A stretch of 64,000 nt of DNA from Dehalococcoidia bacterium (GTDB lineage Bacteria; Chloroflexota; Dehalococcoidia; Dehalococcoidales; W498), in NCBI GenBank assembly GCA_011191875.1, contig DUFC01000033.1, positions 11,793-75,792 on the forward strand, written 5' to 3'. Made by a program: the position numbers and the translations under genes. A model generated the notes under the pieces. That model had not been told where the DNA came from and did no database searches. It saw only the letters and a list, made by a program, of their open reading frames with translations. Positions 63,451 to 64,000 of the stretch are shown here, one piece after another. Within the stretch, counting starts at the first letter, position 1; each line of letters begins with the position of its first letter.

Positions 63451-64000
63451 ATGATAATTAATGAGGTTACTAGCATATTCATAGCTATTATTATTGCCTA
63501 CCTCCTCGGCTCGATTCCATTTGCTTATATTTTCACTCGTATGGCAACTGGCAAAGACATACGGCAGTTAGGGAGTGGTAACGCTGGCGGTAACAATGTC
63601 TTCCGGGAAGTTGGTCTGAGAGCCGCTATTCCTACAGCATTTTTTGATGTGGGTAAGGGAGCTCTGGCAGTAGCCATAGCTCACTGGTTATTAGGTGTGC
63701 CCCTACACGAGCCGGAGCTATTTGTACTCTTGGCAGCGGTAGCTGCAATAGCTGGGCATATGTGGTCTGTATACTTAAAATTTCGTGGTGGAAACGGACT
63801 GAGTGCTACCATTGGCGCTTTAGCCATCTTAATGCCTTGGGAGCTACTAATTGTCATAGGCTTAGTACTAATATTAAAAGTTGTTACCCACAATCTTGTA
63901 CTGTCGGTAAATATAAGCCTTTTATCTGTGCCGATATCGGCTTGGTTTCTGGAGAGATCATGGTTGCTCGTTGGCTTCTCTATTATTGTAGCACTATTAC
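63451..64000 (+). CDS. plsY: glycerol-3-phosphate acyltransferase PlsY (3' end outside window)
   Basis: Hand translation gives MIINEVTS...LLGSIPFAYIF...GSGNAGGNNVFREVG...AGHMWSVYLKFRGGNG. It is absent from the ORF track because no stop occurs in the window. Confidence 0.9.
   Translation, partial: MIINEVTSIFIAIIIAYLLGSIPFAYIFTRMATGKDIRQLGSGNAGGNNVFREVGLRAAIPTAFFDVGKGALAVAIAHWLLGVPLHEPELFVLLAAVAAIAGHMWSVYLKFRGGNGLSATIGALAILMPWELLIVIGLVLILKVVTHNLVLSVNISLLSVPISAWFLERSWLLVGFSIIVALL

Overview
This 64-kb window is chromosomal, about 45-50% GC by eye, and has no intact mobile element, CRISPR array or rRNA. Gene content suggests an anaerobic Chloroflexota (Dehalococcoidia-like) genome; this is an inference from the bacterial NrpR, the short EF-Ts, ThrRS without a TGS domain, and cobamide salvage without corrin-ring synthesis.

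Housekeeping content:
- mutL 3' end, pyrE, lepB and the ribD-ribE-ribBA-ribH operon.
- bioY, tRNA-Val and serC.
- thrS-infC-rpmI-rplT-pheS-pheT, then proS.
- The conserved minus-strand block ispG-rseP-dxr-cdsA-uppS-frr-pyrH-tsf-rpsB.
- nrpR-hisF-gdhA, a degV pseudogene and plsY.

Two long accessory operons converge with only a 10-bp gap at 30378-30387:
1. A plus-strand cobamide uptake, salvage and remodelling operon (17.7-30.4 kb) controlled by a cobalamin riboswitch. Its order is btuFCD-like, unknown, cbiZ, cbiB, cobD, cobT, cobS, cobC, cobU. It unexpectedly carries three PP-loop ATP-pyrophosphatase/amidoligase-like genes: one AsnB-like gene lacking the glutaminase domain, and two tandem Dph6/MJ0570-like paralogs.
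2. A tightly packed 16-gene minus-strand operon (39.25-30.39 kb). It combines DUF134, three DUF5320-type proteins, two NifX-like domains, two MinD/ParA-ferredoxin ATPases, small zinc-ribbon proteins, a J-domain protein, a methyltransferase, TauE, Mrp/NBP35, IscU and a radical SAM enzyme. I regard this as the best candidate in the window for an uncharacterised metallocluster assembly or trafficking system.

Smaller observations:
- Conserved genes whose only plausible start codon is ATA.
- A diverged direct repeat bracketing the riboswitch-btuF module.
- An orphan promoter-terminator leader or sRNA candidate.
- Decayed tRNA fragments next to an amber-disrupted degV.
- Several dispersed intergenic repeat families.

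All functional calls come from reading the translated ORFs and motifs by eye. No database search was run.
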